Numbered from the stretch's first letter, positions 29,599 to 39,302 are shown. The stretch: DNA of 64,000 bases from an uncultured virus (IMG/VR IMGVR_UViG_3300025598_001701) (IMGVR_UViG_3300025598_001701); one strand, 5' to 3'. The notes: generated from the sequence alone by a model not told the origin. A program made the numbers and translations.

Positions 29599-29896
29599 CG
29601 TGCTTTTCCCAACACTCATTAGTGGCGTCCCAATGACGCACATCATATAGTTTAATACTAACAAAGAACCATAAGATTGTCAAGTCAAAACTTGGGCCAG
29701 CGTGGTCATCGCCATACCACCAAGTGTCAAGATTGACGCTAAAAAATTCATCTAATCCATCCCAAAACCCAACTTGTATTTCAAAGTTTTTATGTTTTGT
29801 AATTTTATAACTTCGCCAAAAACTATTGGCAAGTGATACCCACTTATTGGAAAATGGATTGCCAAGTCGTAAATTAAATGTTATCATTCTGCCCAC
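29591..29896 (-). CDS. Hypothetical protein
   Basis: DHAG...YD.RHW. Confidence 0.6.
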   Translation of the reverse strand: MGRMITFNLRLGNPFSNKWVSLANSFWRSYKITKHKNFEIQVGFWDGLDEFFSVNLDTWWYGDDHAGPSFDLTILWFFVSIKLYDVRHWDATNECWEKHDE

Positions 29897-30032
29897 CTCA
29901 TTGCAAATAGCATTGCTTTTTCATATCCATATCTCCATCACCTTACATATACATGATACCATATATTACAGGCTTGTCAAGTGGTAAAATGGGGTAAATT
30001 ATGTAATGATTTTAAGGGGTTACGATGGGCAA

Positions 30033-31217
30033 TTACTCGCCCACCGCACCGTTATAATCCCAACGATGTGAACCCCACAGTGAACGGGCTTCATCAACTT
30101 TGGTCTGGCTACCAAGATGCTTGCGGATCAAGTCCAACACCATCTTTCGAGTATCACGACCATCAAACTTACCAAACACAATGTTAGGTGCGAATTGGTC
30201 TTGTGACTTGATAGTAGGCATCCACTCTAACGCATAACGCTTACGGTCAAGACCATGAGCCGTAACCATGTCAAAATATTTGTCATATGACTTCACTGCT
30301 TGGTTTACACCAATCCAAAAGTCAGTTTCAAATTCTTCAACACGCTTGCGGTCATCATCCAACATAAACGCTTTTGCGTCATCCATCTTTTCTTCAACAA
30401 GAAGTTCAATAATGTTCTTCTCGTGAAGCAGATTGTCTTTGGTCTTGTGAATACGCAGATACCATTCGCCCTTTACCTTGACCATATGACCGTTGTTAAA
30501 GCGAACGATATAACCCTCAATGCCTTCGGCATCGCGAGTTTCATCCATAATATGCTGCATAGAAACTGCTGAACCTTGATAAGTCTTTACAACTTCTATT
30601 TCAAACATAGCACCGTATTCTTGCAACCATTGCAGGCTTGCATATTTGCCGCTTTCTTTATCACGAGCAGCAATTAGTACAAGACGATCTACAGGATAGT
30701 CCACAACAATACGTTGCTTACGAGAACACCATTCAAAGATAGGAGTATAACCTGTCTTGTCTTTACACCAACGAGCAAATTGCTCATACTGTGGATGACG
30801 AGCAACAAACTCTTCTGCTTGCATAGAAACTTCGGTTATGCCCATCTTGGTTCCCCAACGGATGCTACCATCAGGCATGAAGATAGGCGTAATCATAGAG
30901 CCGTCTAACTTCTCCAAGATAACATGCGGCAGTGAAAAGTTGATTGCAGCGAACTGCGTTTCTTCACGCTCGCCAATGTTGAAGAACTTATGCAGACGGC
31001 GTGACATAATAGTGCCGTCCTTGTGAAACAGCATACCACGACATTCACGGCGTATCGCATCTAACTCTGACTCAACAGGCGGAAAGGTATCTGACATCGA
31101 CACCATGTAGTTGACTACATAGCCCCAATCACGCTCTGCAATGATAAATTCATCACGACCTTCAATAGCAGGACGAACCTGATCAAGGTGAGTGATACGG
31201 GGAAATTCGTAGAACAT
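30033..31217 (-). CDS. RNA ligase 1 (T4 RnlA-like)
   Basis: ECRG, KFFN..E, EKLDGS, FE, EGYIV, KVKGEWY...H. Confidence 0.9.
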   Translation of the reverse strand: MFYEFPRITHLDQVRPAIEGRDEFIIAERDWGYVVNYMVSMSDTFPPVESELDAIRRECRGMLFHKDGTIMSRRLHKFFNIGEREETQFAAINFSLPHVILEKLDGSMITPIFMPDGSIRWGTKMGITEVSMQAEEFVARHPQYEQFARWCKDKTGYTPIFEWCSRKQRIVVDYPVDRLVLIAARDKESGKYASLQWLQEYGAMFEIEVVKTYQGSAVSMQHIMDETRDAEGIEGYIVRFNNGHMVKVKGEWYLRIHKTKDNLLHEKNIIELLVEEKMDDAKAFMLDDDRKRVEEFETDFWIGVNQAVKSYDKYFDMVTAHGLDRKRYALEWMPTIKSQDQFAPNIVFGKFDGRDTRKMVLDLIRKHLGSQTKVDEARSLWGSHRWDYNGAVGE

Positions 31218-31226
31218 GTTGTATCC

Positions 31227-31427
31227 TTAATCTTTGAAAATTATCTTTACTTCTGGCACTACAGTATCGCTAATCATATTCCATGTTAGCTTGAATTCTT
31301 TAACACGAGCAAGCACTGCTGGATCAATAGTTTGCAGTGTTTCTGTAAGAATTCGCAACTTATCCGTGCTTTTTGACGCAGAACTATATGAGTATTTTGG
31401 CAGCGAATTAAACATTTTTGGCTCCAT
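31227..31427 (-). CDS. Hypothetical protein
   Basis: 66-aa ORF behind an early promoter. Confidence 0.45.
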   Translation of the reverse strand: MEPKMFNSLPKYSYSSASKSTDKLRILTETLQTIDPAVLARVKEFKLTWNMISDTVVPEVKIIFKD

Positions 31428-31522
31428 AAATCAGCTTATAATCTAATATAACACAGATTTATGGGTTGTCAAGGATTTTTTTAGCATTGAAATTGCTACA
31501 TTTTTTCTGTTTTTATAGGAAT

Positions 31523-31993
31523 TTATGGCTTATTGTCAATTAATTCATAATATGCATCGTTTACTTGCTGTGACGCAATACCAGCATGACGATAGCCATT
31601 TAATATTGTAGTGACATAACTATTACTTGGCATACGGTCTCGTTTTGTTCTATTGACTGTTTCAGGTGTCATGTAATAAACCCATGCTTCATAACGCTGA
31701 CCATCTTCTGTATAAACTGGAACTGTTTTACGACCATAAAGACTTGGATAACCTTCAACCTGATCTAATTCACGTATCATATCAGTTGGCAATTCCCATA
31801 GCACACCGTCAACCTGATTGCCAGCAGTTTCAACTACATTTGCATATTTGCGAAATTCAAATTTGTAATTAAGTAGCGCAGCACGATCAACAAATCTTGC
31901 GCCACGCATGTGAGAAGGATCGGTCAGCATACCATATGCAAAGTAATAAATTGGTTCGCCGCCAGCTTCGTTTATAATATCTACAATTCGCAT
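31523..31993 (-). CDS. Gamma-glutamylcyclotransferase (second paralog)
   Basis: YFAYG, VDGVLW, LDQVEGYP..Y. Confidence 0.85.
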   Translation of the reverse strand: MRIVDIINEAGGEPIYYFAYGMLTDPSHMRGARFVDRAALLNYKFEFRKYANVVETAGNQVDGVLWELPTDMIRELDQVEGYPSLYGRKTVPVYTEDGQRYEAWVYYMTPETVNRTKRDRMPSNSYVTTILNGYRHAGIASQQVNDAYYELIDNKP

Positions 31994-32004
31994 ATGTTAT
32001 TTAT

Positions 32005-32081
32005 TGGCGATCTCGGCAGGACTCGAACCTGCATATGACAGCTTAGAAGGCTGTTGCCTTGTCCAGTTAGACTACGAGACC
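32005..32081 (-). tRNA. tRNA-Arg(TCT)
   Basis: Cloverleaf with ACAGC-CTTCTAA-GCTGT anticodon arm, TTCGAGT T-loop, encoded CCA. Confidence 0.93.
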
Positions 32082-32438
32082 GTCTATAGTAAATTCATCT
32101 TCTAAATATATTTTATCTACTTTCTGTGTAAAACTATCACCAAGTCTACGTGGTACAAGTGATTTACATACTCGTATACTAACATCATGTTGTATTTTGT
32201 CAATAGTATTTTTATGCCGCTGATCTAACACTATACACAGTGGTTTTGTAAACTTATATATTTTACTTAAATTTGCAGAGCGTTCTACAATGTAATTACT
32301 ATAACCTGGTTGATTTATGCCACCTGTATATGGTGTAGCTTCTGCAACTTCATGTTCATCAATAACTTTTATGTTGTTGTCTTGACGCAACAACTGTGAT
32401 ATTTTAGCAATGTCTTCAACTAACAATAATATCTTCAT
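32067..32438 (-). CDS. Hypothetical protein between tRNAs
   Basis: 123 aa; last 15 nt lie inside tRNA-Arg. Confidence 0.55.
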   Translation of the reverse strand: MKILLLVEDIAKISQLLRQDNNIKVIDEHEVAEATPYTGGINQPGYSNYIVERSANLSKIYKFTKPLCIVLDQRHKNTIDKIQHDVSIRVCKSLVPRRLGDSFTQKVDKIYLEDEFTIDGLVV

Positions 32439-32448
32439 AATAAAAAAA

Positions 32449-32540
32449 TGGCGGTGAGACAGGGATTCGAACCCTGGGTAGGGGATAAACCCTACAACAC
32501 ATTAGCAGTGTGCCGCTTTCGACCACTCAGCCACCTCACC
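32449..32540 (-). tRNA. tRNA-Ser(GCT)
   Basis: GCACA-CTGCTAA-TGTGT, long variable arm, G73, CCA. Confidence 0.93.
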
Positions 32541-32961
32541 ATATAATTGACTCATCTAATAATTCACTATACAACGGTGCTCTAGATTTGTCAACATTTA
32601 TTGTATTCTTGCCTACTTCTTTTCTTATTCTAAAAGTTTTTACATTTCTAATTTGTTCTTTGTTAAAATAACAAATTGAATCTACATCTGGTATATAAAC
32701 AGCCCACCCATCAACCGCAGATAAATCAATTGGAATTTTCTTACCGTTGACAACGGTACTGAATGGTATTTCAACAGAATTTATTCTACTATCAACTTGT
32801 CTATATTTAACCTGCAATTTTTTAACGTTATGATTTTTATCCATAACAATCAAATCAACTGCACTATAATCATGTATTGGGGTAAAACATTCATAACCTT
32901 TTTTAGTTAAATCTCGTATGACTTCTATTAACCCAATACAACCTTTTTCATTTACGTTCAT
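32536..32961 (-). CDS. PD-(D/E)XK endonuclease, homing-endonuclease-like
   Basis: KG..G......L...GY....P....S.VDLIV.....KLQVK; start at MNVNEK after GGAG. Confidence 0.75.
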   Translation of the reverse strand: MNVNEKGCIGLIEVIRDLTKKGYECFTPIHDYSAVDLIVMDKNHNVKKLQVKYRQVDSRINSVEIPFSTVVNGKKIPIDLSAVDGWAVYIPDVDSICYFNKEQIRNVKTFRIRKEVGKNTINVDKSRAPLYSELLDESIIW

Positions 32962-33013
32962 TATACTCTCCTGCATTATTTATATTTATGCAGAAGTTGA
33001 CTCAACTTGTAGA

Positions 33014-33087
33014 TGGTAGGCGATGACAGAATCGAACTGCCGTAGCCGCCGTGTAAAAGCGGAGTTTTACCATTAAACTAATCGCCC
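33014..33087 (-). tRNA. tRNA-Val(TAC)
   Basis: CCGCT-TTTACAC-GGCGG, TTCGATT, ACCA. Confidence 0.92.
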
Positions 33088-33135
33088 ATGTTCTTTAATA
33101 TACTTATATTATTCATTTTTGTCAAGCATTATTTT

Positions 33136-33936
33136 TCAAAAAATTGCTGAAATTTTAGGCATTATTAAATTGAACCAATCCTGATGCGCTTCTAAACCAG
33201 GATGATTTCCGCAAAATTCATAATTATTTTTTTGTGACCAAACATGAAATCCATCTTCTTTATACCAATTATTCCAATTGATTTCATCCCACAACCCACA
33301 TTCATATATTTGCGGTGGTTGTTTATCAAATAATTCAGTAGTCGCACTACAAAAAATATAAGGTATATTTCTTTTTTCAAGATAAAACTGTAATAATATA
33401 ATATCTTTTAAAGTATTGTGATGGTGACTTATAGCATCGCCAGTTACTTTGTAAAATTCATTTGCTGCTGTAGTAATACCTAATTCTGTAAGTTTTTCAT
33501 GTTGTAATTGAAAAAATTTTCGTGTTCCTTCATCAACATTTTTAGAAAAAAAACTCATCTTTTCTTCAAATGATAATCCGTGCCAAGCATTAAAATTTAT
33601 AAAATAGTCATCTATTTCAAAATTTTTTTTATATTCTACATCATGAACAATTGTATTGTATGGATAACAATTACGCAAACGTATTTCATTGCGATGAGTA
33701 TAAGTCCACATTACAACAACTGCTATATCTTCGTTTTTGTGATAAGATATTTCTTTTATAACTTTTCTTGTAATGGTATTATTTGCACCGCCTGGTTTAG
33801 CGGTGCAAATATATTCTCTATTCAGTTTTTGTGCAAGTAATGAAGCCCAAGTTAATTTACTTGGATTTTCGTTTATTTGATCAGGAAGTTCGCTACCCCA
33901 AGTAAAACTATCGCCGCCACTAATTAATATTGGCAT
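33136..33936 (-). CDS. SGNH/GDSL hydrolase-like protein
   Basis: GDSFTWG and C-terminal HPG..AH. Confidence 0.65.
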   Translation of the reverse strand: MPILISGGDSFTWGSELPDQINENPSKLTWASLLAQKLNREYICTAKPGGANNTITRKVIKEISYHKNEDIAVVVMWTYTHRNEIRLRNCYPYNTIVHDVEYKKNFEIDDYFINFNAWHGLSFEEKMSFFSKNVDEGTRKFFQLQHEKLTELGITTAANEFYKVTGDAISHHHNTLKDIILLQFYLEKRNIPYIFCSATTELFDKQPPQIYECGLWDEINWNNWYKEDGFHVWSQKNNYEFCGNHPGLEAHQDWFNLIMPKISAIF

Positions 33937-34550
33937 TAGGAACCAAGCACTTCCTTGGCTTTTTTATAAAGTGCTTCGCGCTCTTCAAGTCCGATTGTTC
34001 CGCCATTGATAATCTTTGTAGCCTTTACACAATCATCAGCATCAGCAGCCTCATTGCAACCATTTTCTTGGAAGAACCAAGCAGCACTACGAGCAGCACC
34101 TTCTGGTGTTGATAGATAATCACTGTCGCTTGTTAAGTCTTTGTTTAAAGCCTTGCCGCAATTTTCATAATTGCTTTTACCTGTCAACTGAATAAGACCA
34201 CGACCACGGAAGCGATAACCATCGCCACTTGCTTCATCGCTATTGCCCATACGGTTAGCATAAACACGGTTTGCAATCTTTTCTGGTTGCTTAGCAAAGT
34301 CTTCTGGATTTACGTCACGGAAATACTTTGGAAATACTTTTGTAAGAGTTTCTGCTTTGTAATTTAAGTTTTCGCTGACTGCACTAAACATACCACTTTC
34401 GTGACCGCACTGTGCTAAAAACATAGCTTCTCGCTGTAGTGTATTGATTTCAAACTCATTCATAGCTTCATTAAGTGCATCACAAAACTTGTCTAGATTT
34501 TCTTCTTTTGCACCGTGAAATATCTCTTTTAATTGGTCAATGGTTGCCAT
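33936..34550 (-). CDS. GH19-family endolysin
   Basis: FLAQCGHES, ENLNY, YANRMGN, RGRGLIQLTG, INGG. Confidence 0.88.
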   Translation of the reverse strand: MATIDQLKEIFHGAKEENLDKFCDALNEAMNEFEINTLQREAMFLAQCGHESGMFSAVSENLNYKAETLTKVFPKYFRDVNPEDFAKQPEKIANRVYANRMGNSDEASGDGYRFRGRGLIQLTGKSNYENCGKALNKDLTSDSDYLSTPEGAARSAAWFFQENGCNEAADADDCVKATKIINGGTIGLEEREALYKKAKEVLGS

Positions 34551-34614
34551 TTTTTGATTTCCTTTTGGGTTTCTACACTATTTAACATATTGGAATAGTC
34601 ACATAAATATCATC

Positions 34615-35496
34615 ATGTGTGTAGTAGTTGCAAAATATTTTGATAATGTTGGTTGGGTTGGTGTTAAAAATCGTGACCGCAACTATGTCCCCGATCTTTC
34701 ATTTCGTAAAAAGAAAAATAAAAATACAGAAGTGCTATACTTCTGGGATGATATTACACAATATTGCGAAGGCATGAACGACAGCGGCGTATGCGTGTTA
34801 TCTGCAAGTCTAATGGTGCTTGATGATGAAAAAGAAATTACTGTTCGCACAAAAACACCAAGCAAAGACGGTATAAAAATTAAAAAAGCACTGCAATTTA
34901 CAGATGTTAAAGCAGTTGCTATGAGTTTGATTAAGCAAAAACTACCAGGTTGCACACTTATATTTGATCGTGAAACTTGTTACATGCTTGAAGGTGCATG
35001 GGAACCAGGTGGTTACGAAGATGAAAAATACAAGTATAAAATTGAAGAAATACCACATGACCAAACAGTTGCTAGAACTAATCATGGTGTATGGTTAAAG
35101 TGGGCTGGTTATCAATACAGTCACGATGATAGCGAAACTGCTAGTGCAATCAGTAGTCGTAGTCGACTATTAATTGCTGAACACGTTGTTAAAAGTGCAG
35201 AAACACCTGCACAGTTGATTGATTTACTTACAAAGAAGTATGTAGATAACTGGCAATTAAATGCGCTGCGACTAACAGATGAAAAAAAAATGATGCGCAC
35301 AACAGCACAATTAATGCTAGTTCCAAAAGAACTTACTATGTTTGTTCGCCCTGTTCAAAGTAATATTACTTTTAACTTTTGGAAATTGAATAACGATAAC
35401 AGTAAACTATGGGTTGAATTGTTAAGCAATCGTGTGCTACGCCGTGGTGAAGAAGACCCTGATATTCCTACTAATCTTGACCATATTACAGATTAA
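34615..35496 (+). CDS. Ntn-hydrolase-like protein
   Basis: Cys2 nucleophile position, KNRDR, EGMN..G, RTNHG. Confidence 0.65.
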   Translation: MCVVVAKYFDNVGWVGVKNRDRNYVPDLSFRKKKNKNTEVLYFWDDITQYCEGMNDSGVCVLSASLMVLDDEKEITVRTKTPSKDGIKIKKALQFTDVKAVAMSLIKQKLPGCTLIFDRETCYMLEGAWEPGGYEDEKYKYKIEEIPHDQTVARTNHGVWLKWAGYQYSHDDSETASAISSRSRLLIAEHVVKSAETPAQLIDLLTKKYVDNWQLNALRLTDEKKMMRTTAQLMLVPKELTMFVRPVQSNITFNFWKLNNDNSKLWVELLSNRVLRRGEEDPDIPTNLDHITD

Positions 35497-35744
35497 ACTG
35501 GAAAGTGTGGTAATCCCCAATCATAATCTTTCCAACGTAGTCCAAATAGCACAGCATCTTCGCTGCGTTTGAATGACCATTGACTAGTCCAACCATCTTT
35601 TGTATCATTAGCATACGGCCATAGATCAATAGCATACTCAATACTATTTTGCAAACACCAGATAACCATCTGATCAATCCACCACTCTTTTCCATAGAAA
35701 TGAGCAGCGGGTATTGTAATATCTATATCAAATTTTTCGGTCAC
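35493..35744 (-). CDS. Hypothetical protein
   Basis: F...EDA..F.LRW motif. Confidence 0.6.
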   Translation of the reverse strand: MTEKFDIDITIPAAHFYGKEWWIDQMVIWCLQNSIEYAIDLWPYANDTKDGWTSQWSFKRSEDAVLFGLRWKDYDWGLPHFPV

Positions 35745-36190
35745 TTTTTTCCACGCTTGAATCTAAAAGTTTCTGTTTGTGAATGGCAGTTTGGACAAAG
35801 TAATCGCAAATTAGATAATTGATGATTATTTGAATTGCCATCTATATGATCTAACTCTAACGATATTGGTTTATTATTGTATTCACTTATTCCACAAGAA
35901 ACGCATTTATAATCTATAACATTTTCTTTTAGAAGTCTATTTTTTAATTTATAAGATTGGTATTGCGGATGTTTTCCAGCAAGTATTTCTTGTAAATGTA
36001 ATTTTCCTTTACCTTCTTCTTTTGGTTTGTTATAACCTTTTAATCCAGGATTTGGTTCATATAACCCAAACTTTTTTGCATTTCTTTTGAAAGTAGAAAA
36101 ATGTAGATTTAACTTTGCTGCAGCCTGTGCCATAGATTGACTTTCCTCTATAGCGTTTTGAAAGTCTTGTTTTGTGTAAGTGATAGACAT
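35741..36190 (-). CDS. HNH endonuclease with N-terminal HTH
   Basis: CVSC, LELDHIDG...N....NLRLLCPNCH. Confidence 0.88.
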   Translation of the reverse strand: MSITYTKQDFQNAIEESQSMAQAAAKLNLHFSTFKRNAKKFGLYEPNPGLKGYNKPKEEGKGKLHLQEILAGKHPQYQSYKLKNRLLKENVIDYKCVSCGISEYNNKPISLELDHIDGNSNNHQLSNLRLLCPNCHSQTETFRFKRGKK

Positions 36191-36226
36191 ATCGGTTTCC
36201 TATTCCTATATGTCTATTTATGTTTT

Positions 36227-36359
36227 TGGTGCGCTCTACCAGAATCGAACTGGTACGCCGAAGCGAGAGATTTTACGGCGGAGATTCTGGACTTGAACCA
36301 TAGTGGGCGTTTACCCTTTCTCCGAAGTCTCTTGTGTCTACCTATTCCACCAAGAGCGC
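36227..36359 (-). tRNA. tRNA-Leu(TAA) interrupted by a 50-nt anticodon-loop insert
   Basis: GCGCTCT/AGAGCGC acceptor, Leu-type D arm, AGAGA/TCTCT stem, variable hairpin, ACCAG-TTCGATT-CTGGT, ACCA; removing 50 nt restores CTTAAAA. Confidence 0.85.
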
Positions 36360-36366
36360 ATTATCT

Positions 36367-36654
36367 TTACTTTACACTAATACTATGTATGCTGTCAAGT
36401 CTAAAAGAACGCCATTCACCGATATCAGTTACAAAAACCGCAAGTGATTTGTCACTCGTTTTGCGTTCACGTTTTTCTTCACCTTCTGCTACAACTTGGG
36501 GTGGCAACAGTTCAGGTTTAAGGGTGCAAGGCATCGTGCGTAAATCGCCATTGACTTTAGTAAAAGTTACTTCACATACATTTCCATGCAACATATCACG
36601 CAACATATCAATGCTTGGTTGAACTTCGTTGTTAAACTCAATATATGCTGTCAT
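36367..36654 (-). CDS. WYL-like/SH3-fold protein
   Basis: VTFTK.NG..R.M..TL, WRSFR. Confidence 0.7.
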   Translation of the reverse strand: MTAYIEFNNEVQPSIDMLRDMLHGNVCEVTFTKVNGDLRTMPCTLKPELLPPQVVAEGEEKRERKTSDKSLAVFVTDIGEWRSFRLDSIHSISVK

Positions 36655-36672
36655 GTGTTACCTTTCAAAAAA

Positions 36673-36748
36673 TGGTGGGCAGTGAGGGACTCAAACCCCC
36701 GATCAGATTCTTATGAGGAACCAGCTTTTGTCGCTAAGCTAACCGCCC
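36673..36748 (-). tRNA. tRNA with CAT anticodon (Ile2 or elongator Met)
   Basis: GGTTC-CTCATAA-GAATC, paired G1-C72, ACCA; atypical D and T loops. Confidence 0.85.
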
Positions 36749-36762
36749 ATTATCTATATATA

Positions 36763-36981
36763 TTATATTCTTTTATCTAATCTGTCAAGGAAAAGTTTTT
36801 GCAGTGCTTTTTCAAATTGAGCAGTATTTCCCTCAACACGAGCCAAGTACAATTCATAGAGTAGCGGATCATTCTTTGGCGGATTATAGTCCAAACTACG
36901 CAATTTCATTTCTGCAATGAGTTCGTCATCATCAAACTCACCGATATCATATGTTACTTCTGCATAATGTATTCTAGCCAT
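36763..36981 (-). CDS. Hypothetical protein
   Basis: 72-aa ORF. Confidence 0.55.
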   Translation of the reverse strand: MARIHYAEVTYDIGEFDDDELIAEMKLRSLDYNPPKNDPLLYELYLARVEGNTAQFEKALQKLFLDRLDKRI

Positions 36982-36989
36982 GATTATTC

Positions 36990-37919
36990 CTATTCATCAA
37001 AAAGTGGGTGAATATATAATTTAGATTTACTATTTGGTGCTTCGCCCCGCTCTTTCAAACTTTTATCACGTCCTTCCAATGCAAGTTTTTCATCAAGAGC
37101 GGCAGAAAAATCCTTCATCATTTCAGTATCAATGCGAACTTGTGCAGTATCACAATAATCTTTACTTAAATCAATACCAAGATAACGACGACCTGTTTTT
37201 TCCGCAACAAAAGTAGTAGTGCCTACTCCGTTGAATGGATCAAGAATTACATCATTTTGGTATGAAAACAATTTCAATGCACGATAAGCAAGTTCTACTG
37301 GAAACATTGCAGGATGTCCATAATCTTTCATCTTACGTTCAGGCGCAATACTCCATTTTGCATCTACCCATGTTTTAAATTCATTACCTGTAATATCAAT
37401 AAGTTTGCTATCACCGCTATGTTTGATATCACCCTTGCAAAATACTTCAATAAACTCCCACGTATATTTTAGATAAGGACCACTTGGACTACGCCAACTT
37501 CCCCATGCTGTGTAAGCACAGTTGCGGTTATTTTTTTCCCACAAGATTTCTGCCTTCCAAATAAGACCACGTTCAATAAATCCAGCACTTATAAGGTGAT
37601 GACTTGGAATATACTCGCTGAACAGCGGTTGTGTATTAACAATAATTCTACCGCCATGTTTGGTGACACGAATACATTCATCAAAGATTTCCCAAAGCAT
37701 TTTGAAATATGTGGGCCAATCTGTGCTATCTTCATGAGTATCGTAACCCATACCAAAGTTATATGGTGGACTTGTAAAAGTCAAATCAACACAATTATCT
37801 GGAAGTTGACGCAGAACATCCAAACTGTTTGCATTTACGATTTTATTGGTATAAGCCAATGGAAAATCATTGTTTACAGTTGAAAACTGTTTAGTGTAAC
37901 TTTTATATCCATCAACCAT
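36990..37919 (-). CDS. Beta-class amino-DNA methyltransferase (probably N4-cytosine)
   Basis: TSPPY precedes HPAMFP and DPFNGVGTT. Confidence 0.9.
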   Translation of the reverse strand: MVDGYKSYTKQFSTVNNDFPLAYTNKIVNANSLDVLRQLPDNCVDLTFTSPPYNFGMGYDTHEDSTDWPTYFKMLWEIFDECIRVTKHGGRIIVNTQPLFSEYIPSHHLISAGFIERGLIWKAEILWEKNNRNCAYTAWGSWRSPSGPYLKYTWEFIEVFCKGDIKHSGDSKLIDITGNEFKTWVDAKWSIAPERKMKDYGHPAMFPVELAYRALKLFSYQNDVILDPFNGVGTTTFVAEKTGRRYLGIDLSKDYCDTAQVRIDTEMMKDFSAALDEKLALEGRDKSLKERGEAPNSKSKLYIHPLFDE

Positions 37920-37960
37920 TACTTTTCCTTAATATAATAGTTATAACACAGCATGTGTGA

Positions 37961-38824
37961 TTATTCAACTAATATTTTCGGATTATAATTTACTGTGATG
38001 CCATCTGGTTTATGGCCATCGGGCGCACGAGCAGACCAATAGTTACGATTATCTTCTAGAACAGAAACATAGTTTGTAAAATCAATAGGTCGCATTTGCG
38101 AAAGTTGTTTAATCAAATATTCTTCTACAAATGCAAAACGATCAGCGCGAAGTTCAGGATAATCTTCTCGCGCACCTTCAATGCCACGTTCACTTATTGT
38201 TAGATTAGTATGTGCAAATTCTTGTGCATCACGACCAACAGTAACATGATTATCAGTTATAAAAACATGAATTGCATTCGGAAATGATTTATGAATGCGC
38301 TCGCCTTGTGCATCTACGCCGCTGTGTGTAGTTTTACAAGCATGACCACCTTTATCTTCAACGGCAATAATTGGAATTAAAACATTCTTTCCATTCACTG
38401 CAATTTGGATAGCAATGCCACCATCAACGTCTTTGAATGCCATATAACCATCGGCGTAAATTCGTTCAACTATTCGCATATTTTGAATAACAACAAGATT
38501 TGCGTCACGCCATGCTTCTACTGATTTTAACGCTTTGTAAATCCTATACCATACTGGCAACCAAATTTGTTCACGATAACTACTATACTTTTTATTTTGC
38601 ATAGTGTTAATCGGATTAGTTTTTTGTGGTTTTATTTTTGCGTTCATAAACATGAAACGATCATAATCACGCATACCATCAACGTATTCTTCTACATCTA
38701 TTAATCCTTCTGCAAACCGCTTTTGAACATCTTCCATTGCATCAATCAATGTTAGTGCTTCCTGCACCATAGGATGTTCATAATCAGTTTTAATAAGTGT
38801 GTTGCGATGATATTTGAAATTCAC
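37961..38824 (-). CDS. Possible PD-(D/E)XK restriction-type endonuclease
   Basis: KDVDGGI...AVEDK; adjacent to the methyltransferase. Confidence 0.45.
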   Translation of the reverse strand: MNFKYHRNTLIKTDYEHPMVQEALTLIDAMEDVQKRFAEGLIDVEEYVDGMRDYDRFMFMNAKIKPQKTNPINTMQNKKYSSYREQIWLPVWYRIYKALKSVEAWRDANLVVIQNMRIVERIYADGYMAFKDVDGGIAIQIAVNGKNVLIPIIAVEDKGGHACKTTHSGVDAQGERIHKSFPNAIHVFITDNHVTVGRDAQEFAHTNLTISERGIEGAREDYPELRADRFAFVEEYLIKQLSQMRPIDFTNYVSVLEDNRNYWSARAPDGHKPDGITVNYNPKILVE

Positions 38825-39255
38825 TTTTTCTTTTCACTTTCCATAAACATTTTGTAAAGTCCAAGTTCACGTCCAAAGGCTTCTATTTCCCATGGACATT
38901 CCCAATAGAGTGTGTCTTCGTGATAGAATTGTCCTTTGAAACGATGCATTTTTTTACGTTCATTCCACGACAATTCACGTTTGATATTTTGTTTAAGATG
39001 CACCATCTCATGTGCAAGTGCAATTAGTATTTTACGCTTGCTGAATTTTGGGTCAAGTGTAATATTATAATCACCATCACCCTCGTTCACACAATAGCCT
39101 TCGTCGCCTGTGTTTTTGCACAAGTTGCGCTCAAAGTTTAACAGTAAATCGGCTTTTGAATTTGCAATCTTTAGATATTCGGCGTAAAAACCCACAGCCC
39201 GTTTAAGGGTTGCACGGTCTACAGATGGACACTTGCCAGTAATGGTCAAAAACAT
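38821..39255 (-). CDS. Zincin-like metallopeptidase
   Basis: LAHEMVH.KQ, PWEIEA. Confidence 0.75.
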   Translation of the reverse strand: MFLTITGKCPSVDRATLKRAVGFYAEYLKIANSKADLLLNFERNLCKNTGDEGYCVNEGDGDYNITLDPKFSKRKILIALAHEMVHLKQNIKRELSWNERKKMHRFKGQFYHEDTLYWECPWEIEAFGRELGLYKMFMESEKKK

Positions 39256-39302
39256 AGCCGTTCTCCAGTTATAATGATAGAATATCACAAATTTTATCTT
39301 TG

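Noticed and set aside
36275..36325. Insert as a group I intron or hammerhead ribozyme
   Set aside because: Only 50 nt, with no group I core and no CUGAUGA hammerhead core
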